Origin: Macrostomum lignano
Taxonomy: Eukaryota
Assembly: GCA_002269645.1 (NCBI GenBank)
Contig: NIVC01000749.1
Location: forward strand, 1-64,000
DNA: 64,000 bases
Direction: 5' to 3'
The position numbers and the translations under genes are program-made. Below, piece by piece: positions 43,585-57,553 of this stretch (position 1 is its first letter; every line of letters starts with the position of its first letter). The notes under the pieces are model-generated. The model was not told the origin of the DNA. It did no database searches and saw nothing but the letters and a program-made list of their open reading frames with translations.

Positions 43585-46370
43585 TATATTTTGTAATCAT
43601 ACGTCCTATCAGCTCTTGTCGTTTTAATTGAGAATTAATAGAATGCCAGGATTTCGTTATTTCGGAATGTGGCGCTACGCAAATGTTTGTTGCCAACTTT
43701 GTCTGAATTTAGGGTAAAAAAGACCTAGAAATTTTAGACAGTACAATATTTTAGGTGTAGCCCATTTTGCTTGAATTCAGAACATAATTGATGTGCCATG
43801 GTGCATCTGAAACTGCTTAACTATTTCAGGCTTGCAGCTTGTGCGCCAGTCACTGAATTCAATGAATGCGGACGGGCAGAATCAAAGCTTCATCATGCAG
43901 GTGCCCGATTGGTGCGCAGCTGTGGCACCCAGTAATGGTTCTGAGGGCCGCACTTTGCGCAGTGTGAAGGAGCTGCCAGCTGCTGCTGCTAAGCAGAGGA
44001 GACCAGACCGGGGCGCAGTGAACTGAAGTCAGTGTTTTCTTTACCCAACCCCCAACCCTTACTCTCTCCTGCCCGTCCTAGCTAGCCCCCCCCCCCTGGT
44101 TCCATTGTGCAATTATCGATTATTTCGATTTTTGATGTATAAATTGACCCATTTTCACATTTCAAAAAATTAAGTGGCTGTCCAAGTCACCTTTTGACCA
44201 GGAGAGGGTTCGGAAGTTAGTGAGTCGGCCTTACTACTCGTAGCCCACACTGCCTTCTGGTTTCTAGCTAGAGTATCAGGAGGCTGACAAGGAGATGCAG
44301 CGATAAATAGACAAGGAGCGTGCAATGATTCGGGAACCCAGGTCAGGCTGCTTCGCGATACTGCGCCAAACCATTTCAGGAAACTTGGCTTTCAAAGCGC
44401 TGTCCGGTGACCAGAGACAATCCGTTATTTCCGGCCGATCTAAATAGTGCCTCTGAAACGTTCACTACCTATGGGGCGGCTCAGCCAGAGACCTAGGAGA
44501 CGCAGGAGAATGTGTTGAGTTGTGACAAGGAGCCCTTAAAAGGGCCGTTTTACAAAATAACAAGCTTTGTTTTTTATAGGGTTATTTTTTTACTACTCTA
44601 CTATAAGTAGGAATCAACGTTAATGCTATGCAAATAGCTAATATTATTTGTGTTGCCGAAATTATCGATCGTGCATTAATTCATGCTTGGATGCAAATAT
44701 AAGCGCGGGGTCGTCGTCCTAAGTGGAGCGTACTTTGCCGAATTCTTACTTGCCTAATTAACCGTGGCTTTCTGTATTAGTCTATCGAGACACCACATGA
44801 TGTGCAGCACATTAAGAAGGCCCTGCAAGATAGATGTGCGCAGCTCTTATGGGTGCAGAAAAGGAATTGGAAGAAGCAGGTTTACTGCTTAATGAGCTGA
44901 ATAAGTATAGTCGCTTCTGCCACTGCTACTAAGGTCTCGGGTGGCCAAACAGCATGTCGCTACTGGGTATTCGAATACACAGCGGAAGACGGCGGTCAGC
45001 TTGTGACATCTACGCCGACAAGTGCATTGTTACTGACGGCTCAGTAGACCCAAGCCGACTGTCAGTGGACGACGAGGTCACCATTAAGCCAGGAAAGATC
45101 TCCACAGCAGCAAAGCCTACCGCGTGCGTGTATGCAAAGGGCCATACTGCACAAAGCGGCTGCAGAGTTCGGTGCCAGTGCCTGACAATCGGTATCAACT
45201 TTCCTAACAGCTGCACCACCTTTTAAACCTCCGGACAGCCGCCGCGGAGTTGGCGCAGCAGACTGCCGACAGCTACAGAGAAAGCCAGCGACGGCAGATC
45301 GAAGAGTTATATTACACTCTGTACTTCTTTTCATATTTCATAATTTGTTTAATCAACTATTCCAACATTTACCTATAAAAAATAATGGCAGTCTGCGCAT
45401 ACATATACAAACACTTTTTTACTATCTTTTACTAGATTTTTTACTACTTTTATAACTTTTTATAACAATTCCGTTTTTTACGGGAGAGTCCCTTGCGTCA
45501 CCCCAAAGCCGTTTCAGAGTCGTTGCAGATAACACAGGTAAAATAAAAAAGAAACAACTATTAGACGTTTTAAAACGACGCCAAAAAGTCAATTCCAGGC
45601 GTTTTATTTTCTGCGACCAAGAAACGACTCTGGGGCGACACAAGTGACATCGGGGCGTAGAGTCGTACCTGAGACGTGCTGGAGTCGTTGTAAAGTCACT
45701 GACTTTCGCCTAAAGCGCGTCTGCCTCACTATAGGAATTAGAATCGCATTTCGAATTTACAATGACAACACGGCGACTCTTGAACCTTTTCGCGACTCTT
45801 ACGATTCTACAACTCATGTGATGCGCTCGTAACTCAACAGTGGCATCTGCGTCGCATTACAGTCGCTTGCACTAGTAAGTTTTTTGCAATGACTCTTTAG
45901 CGATTCTCGTCACGGTAACGTTTTCAACGGATATACGCACGCAGGCGCACGCGCTCACACAGGGGGTAACAGCGGACATAACTTTCTAACCGTCAGGTAA
46001 GTACACTATGTGCTTTGAATGTGCTTTGGAGCTTGGCCCTCACGGGCGACAATTTTATCAAAAGCATTTTAGCATAGCCTGCGCATGTAAAGGCAAACCT
46101 GTTCAAATGTATCATCTTCATGGTAACGGTCGGCCGTATCAATCTTATAATCGGCTTGCCCCGCAGTTGGCAAGGACCGTATTAACACGCAGTTGATCTG
46201 GTGAGAGCGAATTATCACCTGCTCCTGCTCCCGCTGTTGGAATGGAAATTTAGGGTTTAGCAATACAGCCTCAATCAGGTGGCGAATCATATAGATAATG
46301 ATAAATGCACACTAACTGTAAACAACTACAAAATATTTTGCAACTCAGTTCAATCTCAGTTTTGTGGAAT

Positions 46371-46667
46371 AATAATAATAATTGATTACAGCTGCCCTAA
46401 TTAGGCCAAATGTGCAACCGACAGCTCAGCCGCAGCTATTGCGCGCGCATCTTAAGACTGCGTACGGTTGTTCAGTCCAAGGACTGGGGGGTCGCCACAC
46501 ACTCAGTTACCAAGCTAATGCTGGCACCCATTTTACACCTGGGTGAACTGAAGCAATGCAGAGTTGTGTCTTGCTCAAGGACACAAATTGTTACAGAGAG
46601 ATCGGGAATCGAACCCCCGACCTTCAAGTCTTGAGTCCGACGTTTTAACCACTAGGCTACAGCCCCC
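46371..46667 (-). mobile_element. tRNA-derived SINE (family 1) with (ATT)n tail
   Basis: gctgtagcctagtggttaa (A box), ggttcgattccc (B box), gtgtccttgagcaagacac conserved core, and (att)n 3' tail. Confidence 0.85.
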
Positions 46668-46854
46668 TATATGGAATACAGCATTTATAAGAACTTGCAT
46701 AACAAACATAACTGAATACAGAAATACAGAGTCTAATAAAATTCAATGCTAGTGACACTTAACTTGTCAGTGACATTTGACTGCCACAACCAAAAATTAA
46801 CTGTCAACCCTAATAACCCTAACAAAAATCGTTGGCAACATTAATTGAACTCAC

Positions 46855-47140
46855 AGATGGCGACTGAGAGCAAGCAGCCAGCAGTGGGCTAGCAGTTTGC
46901 TGCTGATGCTGCTGTTGCTGAAACAGCGCATTTTCTAAACGACCTACAGCTGCCGAGATTCTCACGGCCAAACTGTCGGCCCGACCAGCAGCTTCAGTGA
47001 GGTCGCGAGCTCGAGCTCTTAAATCGGAATTATCCCGTCGTAGAGCAGCAACATCGACTTGGCTGGCAAGGAATCTGGCTGCCGGGGCATCTGAACAGTC
47101 CAATTGATTGTGTCTGCCCCAGCAGAAGAGGAACACGCAT
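46855..47140 (-). CDS. Exon of the FHA-domain gene (end of FHA plus predicted coiled coil)
   Basis: Acceptor ctacag, donor GTGAGT; splicing gives GSAIVCGR|CVFLF; VAALRRDNSDLRARARDL heptad-like segment. Confidence 0.55.
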
Positions 47141-47423
47141 CTGTAGTTAAGAAGACACTCGTCTTATTTTCGAAATCTCAAAAATCAATTCTTTACCCAC
47201 TCTAATATTTACATTCTGAGCCACTCTGACCCACAAAAGTTGCAGAAGTTTGCAGACTCCAAGGAGCTCAATGATTATAATATTGATAGATACTTTAAGT
47301 AGATTATTAATTCAAGACGGAATTCAAATTTTCGAATTTTCGAAGTCCCAGTTAATTAACACCTGGATTTTCGAGTCAAGACTCAAGAGTCAAAAGTTTT
47401 TTTTATTCGAACAAAACATTCAC

Positions 47424-47844
47424 CTTCCGCAGACAATAGCCGATCCGGGCAACAGGTCGCAGCCATCCAGAGTAACCTCAACGCCATTTACATATAAATC
47501 GTCCGCGTTATCCTCAACTGATAAAGATGGCGTAGTAGTTTCGCCGCATGCGCTCAACTGTTGGTCAATAATAGGCTCAGCTGTAACCCTGCCATTGTTG
47601 GCATCATAGACTACAGCAAAAAGCGACCGCTGCTGATCATTGGTTCCTGTTGGCGATTCCACAACTGTCCGGCCAGGCTGGAGGCCCAGCACTGCCAGGC
47701 CCGGCGTCTCAGTGCCATCCTCCAATCTGAGCAGATGCGGCCCGCGAGCCAACAAGCTAACAGACTGTCGGCATAGGCCCTCCCGGCTATTGCTTCGACG
47801 CTTCTTAATGCAAAGACTGGGCAGCGCCGATAAAAGGCGAAGAT
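47424..47844 (-). CDS. Exon encoding a kinesin-3-like FHA domain
   Basis: GPHLLRL...LQPGRTVV...VTAEP...LYVNG..V....DLLPGSAIVCG resembles the KIF1/KIF13 FHA pattern (PHLVNL...YVNG...L..G.RI..G); a phase-compatible upstream exon ends at 47937. Confidence 0.55.
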
Positions 47845-48159
47845 CTGCGCAGCTGCGCCACTGCGCCAGCAATTACATGTAGAGATATGTTACCCAATGA
47901 AAATGGTACCTAAGCCAAGAAGCGGCTCAGAGTCACCTGCTTCTTCCCGGAGTTCTTCCAGATTTGTTTCAGTTAAAACAGGTAAAATAGAAAAGAAGTG
48001 ACTCTAGACGACTTTAACATGTACAAGTCGCCAAAACGTCGTCAGAGAGTTGCCCAAGAGTCAAGTTGAGGCATTTCATTGTCTGCGCCTCATTTTTTTA
48101 ATCAAGTGACATGATATACTATGCTTATAATTCCCTATATGCTGAATGCGCCTCTCATC

Positions 48160-49668
48160 TAGGGGGCGACCGGGACGGCCAAAGTCGGGCCCGGGTCGGG
48201 CCCGGGAATGAGGACTCGGGCCCGGGTCGGGCCTTGGGAATTCGGGACAAGATCTTTAGGACAGCTCAATAATTGGAAAAAAATCATAATAAATCTTAAT
48301 ACTTTTAGCATATGCAGATTACTATTAAATATATAATAAATATATTAATATATTAAATCTAATATAATATATTAAATGTATAATAAATATATGATAAACA
48401 TTAAATATATTATAATATATGAATATATTAAATATATAATAATATATAAATATAATATATTATATTAAATATATAATAAATATTATTTTTATTTAATACA
48501 TTAGTTAATACTTCAGAATAGATAAGAGTTACATTAAAAGACTTAATACTCAAATATCAATATACTCAATAGTTCAAATTCAATGTCACTGTGTGGCACA
48601 AGTACTGTGTGTGTGCCAGTGACAGTGACACTAACACTTAACAGGCAGTGAGGTAGGCAAGCAGGCACTGCGGTAGTGCGGCTGGCACTGGCAGTGGCAG
48701 TAAGCAAAAAGAAGAAAAGCTGAAGCATTAAGTGTAAGGCACTTGGCATTGGAAGCAGTAAGGAAGTAAGAACCAAATCAATTGATTGATTCTTTTATTT
48801 GAATTTTTAGTTCCTTTACATAGCTTCAATGTAAAGAGCCATGTACACAGTCAGTATTCAGTAAGACAACAAGACAAGATAACAGAACAGAACACAAGTG
48901 AAGTGACAACACAACACAACACTCAACTGTCTCAACAGAACAGGCAAACAGACAATGGAAATACAAGTAATTAGCTGATACCTGCCTACCTGCTCACCTA
49001 CTTACCTAAACGAATATGATTACGAATACGATACTGAGTCTACAACTACAACTACCTACGAATACAATACAAATATGAACACGATTACAAACTCTGATAG
49101 ATAGCAAACTTCTTGGAAAAATGGTAGCCTTGGCCCTTAATAAGTACTTCTTGGAACGTAAATAGGAAATGTTATTTACAAAAGCTTAAAAATGACAAAT
49201 CAACTTTTTAAAGAATCATATTTTTGCTTTTAGCCTGCAGCCTGCAGCGTGTAAAGTGGAATCAATATTGCATCAACTATGTTTTAATTTTATCTTCCTG
49301 GAAAAAATCCGATCTTCCTGGAAAGTGGAAACTGGCTGTGGCTGACGCTCACGGTCACAGACGCTCACGCTTAGAGCCTACTACGAATCAATGATATTGC
49401 TACTTCACATCATATCATCTATTACTATTACTGCAGTCGTGCAGTGCTTGAGTCTTGAGTGCTGATGCAATGCTTAACTGAGTGTTGTGCTGTGCTGTGA
49501 ATAAAAATAATTTTATTCTTATTTGCACGCAGTTAGTGCCTTTAGGGAAAAAAGACTTGTCCCGATTTCCCGACTTTTTTAGGGTCGGGCCCGGGCCCGG
49601 GTTGGGCCACGATTTTGGTCGGGATTCCCGACTTTTCGGGCCCAGGCCCGGGACTGGGTCGCCCCCTA
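48160..49668. mobile_element. Non-autonomous hAT element with 8-bp TSD
   Basis: TIR TAGGGGGCGACC / GGTCGCCCCCTA; ctctcatc duplicated (48152-59, 49669-76); subterminal tcgggcccggg repeats; AT-rich interior. Confidence 0.9.
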
Positions 49669-51789
49669 CTCTCATCCCACCCTTGAAGTGTTTTGCCTAA
49701 CCCCCATTGTTTGTGAGTCACTGTTGCCCTTGTGTGCTCTACACCCACCAATGCCTCAGCTCTTTGTTGTAAACCCCCCCTGACCCTTGGTTTCTCAGTC
49801 GCCCATTGTGTTTGTGCCCCACCCCTCTGGCGCCTGTGTAAGCCTCCCGTGCCTGATTGGCAGAGGCTCGAGCAATGTGTCCCCCCTATTTGTATTGTAG
49901 TGCTGTCAACTCCTTTCCAGCCCTTTTTGCGATGTATTTCCCAGCGCTGGCTCAGTGTGCTCTCTGATTGGCTGCAGTCTGCCCTGGCCTGCCTATTTAT
50001 GCGAGGCCTCTGCAGCTGCAATTATGTAATATGTAATAAGATGACCTTATTACACCAAAGCTGACCCGATGACCAGACTGGGCTGTTGCTATTCAGCGAG
50101 CAATACAATGCTGCCCCCAAAATATACCAAAGTCGACCAAGCCAGGACTTGCCTTTTCAGCGAGCACACCATGAACACTCCTACTGCTTTGTCTCTTCAG
50201 GTTTTGCTTGCCTATGGCTTAGTCAGGATTAGGAGTGTTGTACTCCGATTCCGCCCCAACCAGCTTAGTGTTGTACACTTAGCTAGAGGCCATCATGCAT
50301 TGTACACTCAAGCAGCCTGATCTCAGCCGACTCTGCATCGTACACAAGTATGTTGAATGACCACATTGTTAAAAGGTCAGTACACAATCGGGGTCAGACA
50401 GGGAGCCTAGTTGGATTCTTCCCCCAGTTCATTAAACATATTGGAATAAATTTTAAGAACTTGTTGGAAATGCACTATGGTAATCCTAAAGTGGCATGGA
50501 CAGTGCTATCATAGCAATCTTCAAAATCCCAAGGCAATGTGGATTATGCATCATGGCAACTTTCAAATCTAAGCTAGCAGAGATTTAGCTATTGAAGCAT
50601 ATGACTTTAGTCACTAAAATATTTGTATACAATGAAAACATATTGATATAGATAACATCTGTCCAAAATCTTTTATTTAAAAAACCTTAATCATTCATTA
50701 TTAAATTTAAATGATGCCAACCTCAAAAGAAAGTGAACTAGAAATTTTGCTAACTATATATTGCCATAAAGATACAGATGTTGCATAGGATTGAGACCCT
50801 TAAATTCTGCACTATTGTCAACTACAATAGCAACACATTCATTGAGACCTTTAGAAGCAGTCAAATAGTCAGCACCATCACAGAAAATATCAAATGTCAA
50901 GAGGAGCTGATTATATCAGCAATTCAGACTCTACTATGAAGCCAAAAAATGTCAAAGTTGGATGACAACTAAGAAAACATCAGGTAGGAAAGACTGCATC
51001 TAGTGGCAGCCAAGCATATTTGCCACAACTTGGTAAGAATTGGAATAGATGCAGACTCAATCAATGGAGTGACCCATCTTGCAATGCTCAGTGTCCACTA
51101 AAGCTATAAGGCTGCTAAACACTTAAGGTACAAGTTACACTGTAAATCAAAAGTGGACGCAATAGTGGCTATTTGTAAAGTGGCCAGTTGTAAATTAGAA
51201 AAAACTGAAAAATTATTTAATCCATAATGCGGTGTAAATATAACTGCCTATATAACAATATTTTTTCATTAAAAGTTGCTAGAATGTTGTCTATGGGACA
51301 TTTCTTTCATGTGTACGTCACAGTAGCCAGTTGTAAAAATGTCCTAATTGCTCAGTGTTTTAATTTATTCAGTCAAGCTAAATTGTGTTGTACAGATCTA
51401 GAATTTTGATGATATATATAAAAGCTATTAAAGTAACTTAAAAATATACCTTTATGTCAGAAATAAGTTTCATTTTCTGTCTTATGCACTAATATAAACA
51501 CATCTCTTTACTGACTTTCTTAACTTATTTAGCTAGCTAGCTAGACCAATGCATATCTAATCTAGGAGCAAGGCCTTGTTTTATACTAGCCAGGCCCTAT
51601 TTATTGACATTTTATACATGAAATTTCATAGCTATTCTACTTCTACTTTCTGTTGCTCCAAATCTTGCTTGTCAATCATTGTATATAAATTGATTATTGA
51701 TTCATAGATTATCTAGCTAGGCCTAAGCCTAGGGCCTAATTGATTTATAGATTATTTAACTGTTTTATTTTTATCTTTTTATCTTTATT

Positions 51790-53870
51790 TTAGTCCGTCG
51801 ATTTCACGCTGACGTCGTGCAGGACCCTCGCCGTCTGGCTGAAGCCTGGGATGAACCAGCGGTAGAACCCCAGCATTCCGAGAAAACGCTTCACCTCCTC
51901 GGTCGTCGTTGGGCTGGGCATGCTGCGAATGGCCTCGACCTTGCCGGGATCCGGTGCGATGCCCTGCTCGCTGATCAGGTGTCCCAGGTACAGCACCCGG
52001 CGATGGCCGAACGCGCTCTTGGCCTTGTGCAGCTTGAGTCCCGCGTCTCGCAACCGCTTAAAAACTTCCGCCAGCCTTTCCAAGTGCTCGTCGAATGTCC
52101 TGCTGAAGACAATGATGTCGTCGATGTAAGTCAGCACGGACTCCCAGGACAGGCCGGACATCACCAGCTCCATGAGCCGCTGAAACGTCGCCGGGGCATT
52201 GCACATCCCGAAGCCCATCTTGCAGAATTGCATCAAGCCGTGCGTCGAATAGAAGGCCGTCTTGTACCGGTCCTCCTCCGCCACCTCCACCTGGTGGTAG
52301 CCCTGCCGGCAGTCGATGGTGGAGAACCATGAGCATCCGACAAGCGCATCCATGGCCTGCTGCAGGTGCGGTAGCGGGTACGCGTCCCTGACGGTGCAGG
52401 CGTTGAGCTGCCGCCAGTCCATGCACAGTCTGATGTCGCCGTTCTTCTTGCGGACCACCAGCAGGTTGCTTGCCCATGGCGATGTCAACGGCTCGATTAT
52501 GCCGCTGTCCAGCATCTGGCTGATCTTCTTGTCCACCTGGTCTCGCACAGACAGCGGCAGCCGGCGCTGGACCTGCCGGTGTGGCCGCGCTCCCGGCTCC
52601 AGCTCGATCTGGTGCTGCAGCAACGCCGTCGTGCCCAGGTCGTACTTGTGCCTGGAGAACAGGTCCTCGTTGCGCTCCAGCAGCTGTCGCAGCCTCGCAG
52701 CATCCGGTTCGGGCAGCTCCGCATTGATGTTCCAACCGACGGGGGTCTCCTGGGCCGCCTCCTGGCGACCGTCCCCGTCTGTCATCGCGCTTTCGAACGT
52801 GCCGACCGCCTTGTTGGCATACAGCATCACGGGCTCCTCTGCCAGGTTGCACATTTTCACCGGGATGCGGCAGCCGTCCGAGACCGCCAGCACGCGGGCC
52901 GGCAGGACGGCGGTGGACTTTACGAAGTCCTCAGATGGCTCAAAGACTCCCTGCTCGCCGCTGGAATCCACCTTGAGCCACACCAGCTTCTCGATGCGGG
53001 CGGGCAGCTCCATAGTTGCCACCACACGCGCCACCAGAACACTCGGCACCAGGCGTCAGTCTGCTCGAGCCGGCTCGCTGCTGAAAGGCACAGCTGTGCT
53101 GTCGAACTTGACGACGCCTTCTTTAATGTCGATGGTCATCGCCTGCGACACCTCGCCGATGAAGTCCATGCCGATGATCAGGCTGGGCTGGATCCCGTCC
53201 ACGACTCTGAAGCGATGGCACACGCGGATGGTCTGGCCGATCGAAACATCCGCTGCTGACAGGCCAAGGCAGCGCAGCCGGGATCCGTCGACAGCCGTCG
53301 GCAGCGCACCGATGTCGGTGGAGTCGATCTTGCACGGCAATCTATCGAACAGAGACTTGTCTATCAACGAAGTTTGCGCGCCGGTGTCGAGCAGAGCGGG
53401 CGTTGACACGCTGCCAAAGTGCACCTTCACGAAGACTGAAGGCGCTGATCTGAGGGCCCCTTTTGAGCGGGTCGGTGCTGGCCCCAGGCTGCCGACCCTC
53501 AGAAGTTTCCCTGCGGCTGACCAGTTGGTGTCGGGCACACCGCGGCAGAGTGACCCTTACCTGAGCACCGCCTAGCGATGTGACCCGGCTCACCGGAGCT
53601 GAAGCACTTAATGGGTCCCTTCTGACGCCTGTCTCTTCCGGGTGGTCCCGTTCGCATGCTGGCTGTCAGCTGCTGCATTTGTTGCTCCAGCTGGCTCAGC
53701 CGTCTGTCCTCCACCGACACCGCAGCTGATGAGGCTGTAGTCGCGTGGCTCACCAGCTCAAGCCGCGCAGCTCTGTCGACAATGGCGGTCAGCGAACAAG
53801 AGTCCGCGTCCTGGTCCTTCAACAGCGCATCTCTCATGGCAGATGGCAGGAGACGCATCAGGCAAAACTT
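51790..53870 (-). mobile_element. Gypsy gag-pol internal fragment (knuckle, protease, RT), no LTRs
   Basis: KCFSSGEPGHIARRC, ALLDTGAQTS, RLCMDWRQLN, GYHQV, NAPATFQR, YIDD; one in-frame stop at 53056-58; truncated before RNase H. Confidence 0.92.
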
Positions 53871-56406
53871 TAAAAAAGCTTAGATAATAAGTGATGCTGT
53901 TCTTAAATAGAACTTTCTTTGTATGTTTATAAAAAATTATAAACCTTAGCGAATTCACATTTAGTAAAGTGAACTCTTAGTAGAGGAAAGTGCATTCTTT
54001 AGTAAAGTAAAAAATGCACATTAGTAGTAAACTGAACACATGTACAATCTTATACTTTCTTTGACTTGTCATTGAGTTGTACAATAACTGCAATTGTTTA
54101 ACATTATGCTAGACATAATATTTTTGTGTTTTAAGTATCATCTTGGTTCAGCTAGTAATCAACACTAATGCAAGTAACTACAACTACAACTGCAATATCA
54201 TGGTAACACTAACAGGTTCTTTGTTTAACTAGGTTGCAATTAAAACAATTTTTTCATATTTAACTATGAACAAAGTAAATACAATTAAAATACAACTACC
54301 ATGGTGTATATTTTTAGAATATGATGGTACTCTTATGTCTACCTACCTACTAATTTATTTAGTTTAAACAACATTTTTTGCCCGTAGCTATTCTATATGT
54401 GGCTTGATGCCTCTCTACAAAATTCCATCTACCTAGAAAGGCAAAAAAGTATTCATTGAACTGGACAGCCAAAACTTTGATAAACTTATTGCTGCTGGAT
54501 GTCAAGCTCTCTATATTACAACAATGCCAATCATCAGTACAGAAGACAATGTTGAAATCACAAGTGAAAGGATCTGGACAACTCTGTTTGCTGCCAACCC
54601 AGAACAAATTTTTGTCTTCCACAAGAATGATGAGTCTACCATCTCAAAGCCAACCACTGAAGTTGATGGCTTAGCTGTCACCATGGGCCAAAATCCTGAG
54701 CCACTTGCAATATATGTAACCTACAAGCTGCCAGAATATCTTGCTGACATTATTGGTAGGATAAATTCAGTGCATAGCAAGGAGGCTGCTGCTGCTTTGA
54801 AGATGGACCAGTCGTTTAATAATGTCATGCTAAGCTTAACCCTTATCATTAGATTTTTTGCAATTGCTATTGAATTGATTGATCAGATTCTTAAAAAAAT
54901 AGTTCATTTATTATAGAGAGCTTATATACATAGCAGCTATCTATTTACTATTTTAATTGCATATATGGCAGCTATCCACCTAGTGTTTTAATTGCATTGC
55001 ATGCCAGCCAGGAGATAGGCAATATAGCAAATTGGACCCTTTCCTTCTAATCCATGTTGTTACTAACTAAATCTTATTTAATAATTTGTTGCTTGTTTTA
55101 TCCTACATACAATATAATCTAAAGTGATCGCTGTTTTTTGTTAATTTGAACATTAATTACTAATAATTTAAATAATATAGGGGCCCTATGACATATTATT
55201 TATGAGATATAATTGCTATATATGCAATTAAAACACTGGGTAGATGGCTACAATGCACACAAGCTCTATATAGGGGGCCTATTTATTAAATTAAATATTA
55301 TAACAATTTTAAATAAAATTCTTTAATCCTATTTTATTAACTTTTAACAAATCTACTTTTTGTAAATGCTGCTTAGGCCCTATTTAAATTGTATTAGGCC
55401 TAGGCTTAAATACAATCAATAAGCACCTTTCCAAAATTCTAATATTCAATTAGGCCTACATTTTTCCAAAATGGTTGTTAATGCATTGTTTTCTAAAGTG
55501 GACTTTTCTTATTTTTTTGCAAATGCCAATAAATGGTTTTTGCTAAAAATTGATTTGCTTTTGCCTTTGCCAGAGTGTAATAGACTGAAGAGAGCCTAAG
55601 CTAGCCTGCCCTAGCCCCTACCTAAGAAGTATAGGCCCTAGGCTATATAGATAAGCTGGCAATTTTCCTCTTTTGATTGTTAAATTAATTTTTTCTTTGA
55701 ACACAAATAGTACTAACTTTAAGACAAAAAAAACAATAACAGTATGTTGTAGAAACCTTTGTAACATTTAGAAAAACATGAAAGTGAAATCATACCAAGG
55801 TGTGTAAGAAAATGAAGCAACAACTGTCTTTTAGCATTGTCCACGATTAAAACTATGGGGATAGGCTTAGGCCCTTATCACTAGAAAACTAGAAAGGGGG
55901 TAGGCCTACAAAGAAAATAATTTACAAGTCCTCTTACGACTTAAGTTTTTAGTCAGCTACTGCTCAAAAAGTTCAAAAACATATAATTATACTCAACGAC
56001 ATGGCTGGTTGCCCTGCAGCACCTACATTTATTGTAGCCTACCCCTTGGGAAAGTGCGTCCTGCTCCTACACTGGAGCTATGCAACATTGTCATTAGTTT
56101 CACAATGTGGGAGCTCACCTCACCACTATCACGACAACACCTTGAGACACCTTGAACTGGATGGCAACATATAAGCCAAGTATGAGTTTTTGACTTTTGA
56201 ACTTCATCATGTTTTTTAGTGATATTTTCTAGGCCTAGTGAAAATAAATTTAACAAACAAAAGAGGAAAATTGTCAATAAGCCTATAAAGCTAAAGCCTA
56301 AAGCCAAAGGCTATAGCGGAGTATAGGACATGATTATGATATTATCCTAAGTTGTGAGTGAAGCTAAATAAATTCTAAATTTAAAATTTAAAACACAATA
56401 GACAAA

Positions 56407-56667
56407 GAGCCTCTTCATGGCAATCGATTCCAGAACCAGAATCAGTTCAGATTTCCAAGAAAAAAACAGTATAACTATTTAACTTTGTTGAATGTTTGAC
56501 TGCCTTAACAGCCTCACTTTGCACAATTTTTCACTTTCTTCTTGGCTTTTGCCATTCAATAATCACAATTTTAAAGCACTAATATCCCTCTACTTTAGGA
56601 GACAAAAAGTTATACTTTACAAAATGGTTCTGGTTCTAGAACCAGAACAAGCAATATGAAGAGCCTC
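56407..56667. mobile_element. Tourist/Harbinger-like MITE, copy 1
   Basis: Collinear with 57295-57553; short TIR gagcctcttcat/atgaagagcctc; flanked by aaa on both sides. Confidence 0.65.
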
Positions 56668-57294
56668 AAATATGACATTAATTAGGACTTACTAGTCACT
56701 GTACTACTACTACTACTAGGCCTACTAGCTATAGTGCTAGCTAGCGCTAGTTTTACGGGACGTTTCGGGCATGAACGGACGTTAGGTTAAAGGATCATTT
56801 TCAGTTAATATACAAATCCAAAACAATAGTTTACAAATAATAAATAATAAAACACTGTGCTATAAGTCAAATGCTACTTTTTAGCACAAAATTCACCATA
56901 GGGCTGTAAAGAAAAGCTTATTTGTTATAGTGACGTTCACTAAAAAAGTAACCTCGAGAATCGAAAGTCGCCTATAGCTGCAAAATAGTTTTCGAGGATA
57001 TGAAATTTCGAGCTTATGAAGTTTCGGGTTTGTGAAAGTGGGCTGCTGGAATGTTTTTCAAGGTTGTGAAATTTCGAACTTATGAATTCGGCAGCTAAAA
57101 TTTTCGAGGTTGTGAAATTTCGAGCTTATGAAGTTTCGGGTTTGTGAAAGTGGCTGCTAAAATGGTTTTCGAGGTTGTGAAATTTCGAGCTTATGAAATT
57201 TCGAGCTTGTGAAAGCAACCCCCCGTGCAGCAATCCGACATTTGGCGACGTCGCTAAACGTTTCCGACGCGCGCTTATCGAAATCTGCAAGTAT

Positions 57295-57553
57295 GGGCCT
57301 TTTCATATTACCAATTCCAGAACCAGAATCGGTTCGGAATTCCAAGAAAAACAGCAGTATAACTATTAAACTCTGTTAATATTTGACTGCCTTAACAGCC
57401 TCACTTTGCACGATTTTCACTTTCTTCTTGGCGATTGTCATTCAATAATAAAAACTTTATAGCACGTATCTCCCTCTAGTTATGGAGACAAAAAGTTATA
57501 CTTCACAAATTGGTTCTGGTTCTGGAACCAGAACAAGCAATATGAAAAGGCCC
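57295..57553. mobile_element. Tourist/Harbinger-like MITE, copy 2
   Basis: Imperfect TIR gggcctttcatatt/aatatgaaaaggccc; 3-bp TSD tat. Confidence 0.75.

Noticed and set aside
44700-45230. Cys-rich CXC/Ginger-like integrase tail
   Set aside because: Only a vague cysteine pattern in a broken frame; not supportable.
46590-46667. tRNA genes (also 9434-9490 and 26480-26550)
   Set aside because: A and B boxes are present, but the sequence continues into shared SINE bodies and tails; no complete acceptor stem.
50028-50346. Possible short solo LTR (TGT...ACA)
   Set aside because: Flanks atta/agta mismatch and no second copy in the window.
52316-53575. 419-aa plus-strand ORF
   Set aside because: Antisense shadow of the GC-rich Gypsy pol; no recognisable motifs. 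The same applies to antisense ORFs over DPP3 exons.
54359-54916. Protein-like frame in AT-rich DNA
   Set aside because: Contains a stop, with no recognisable motif and no clear splice partners.
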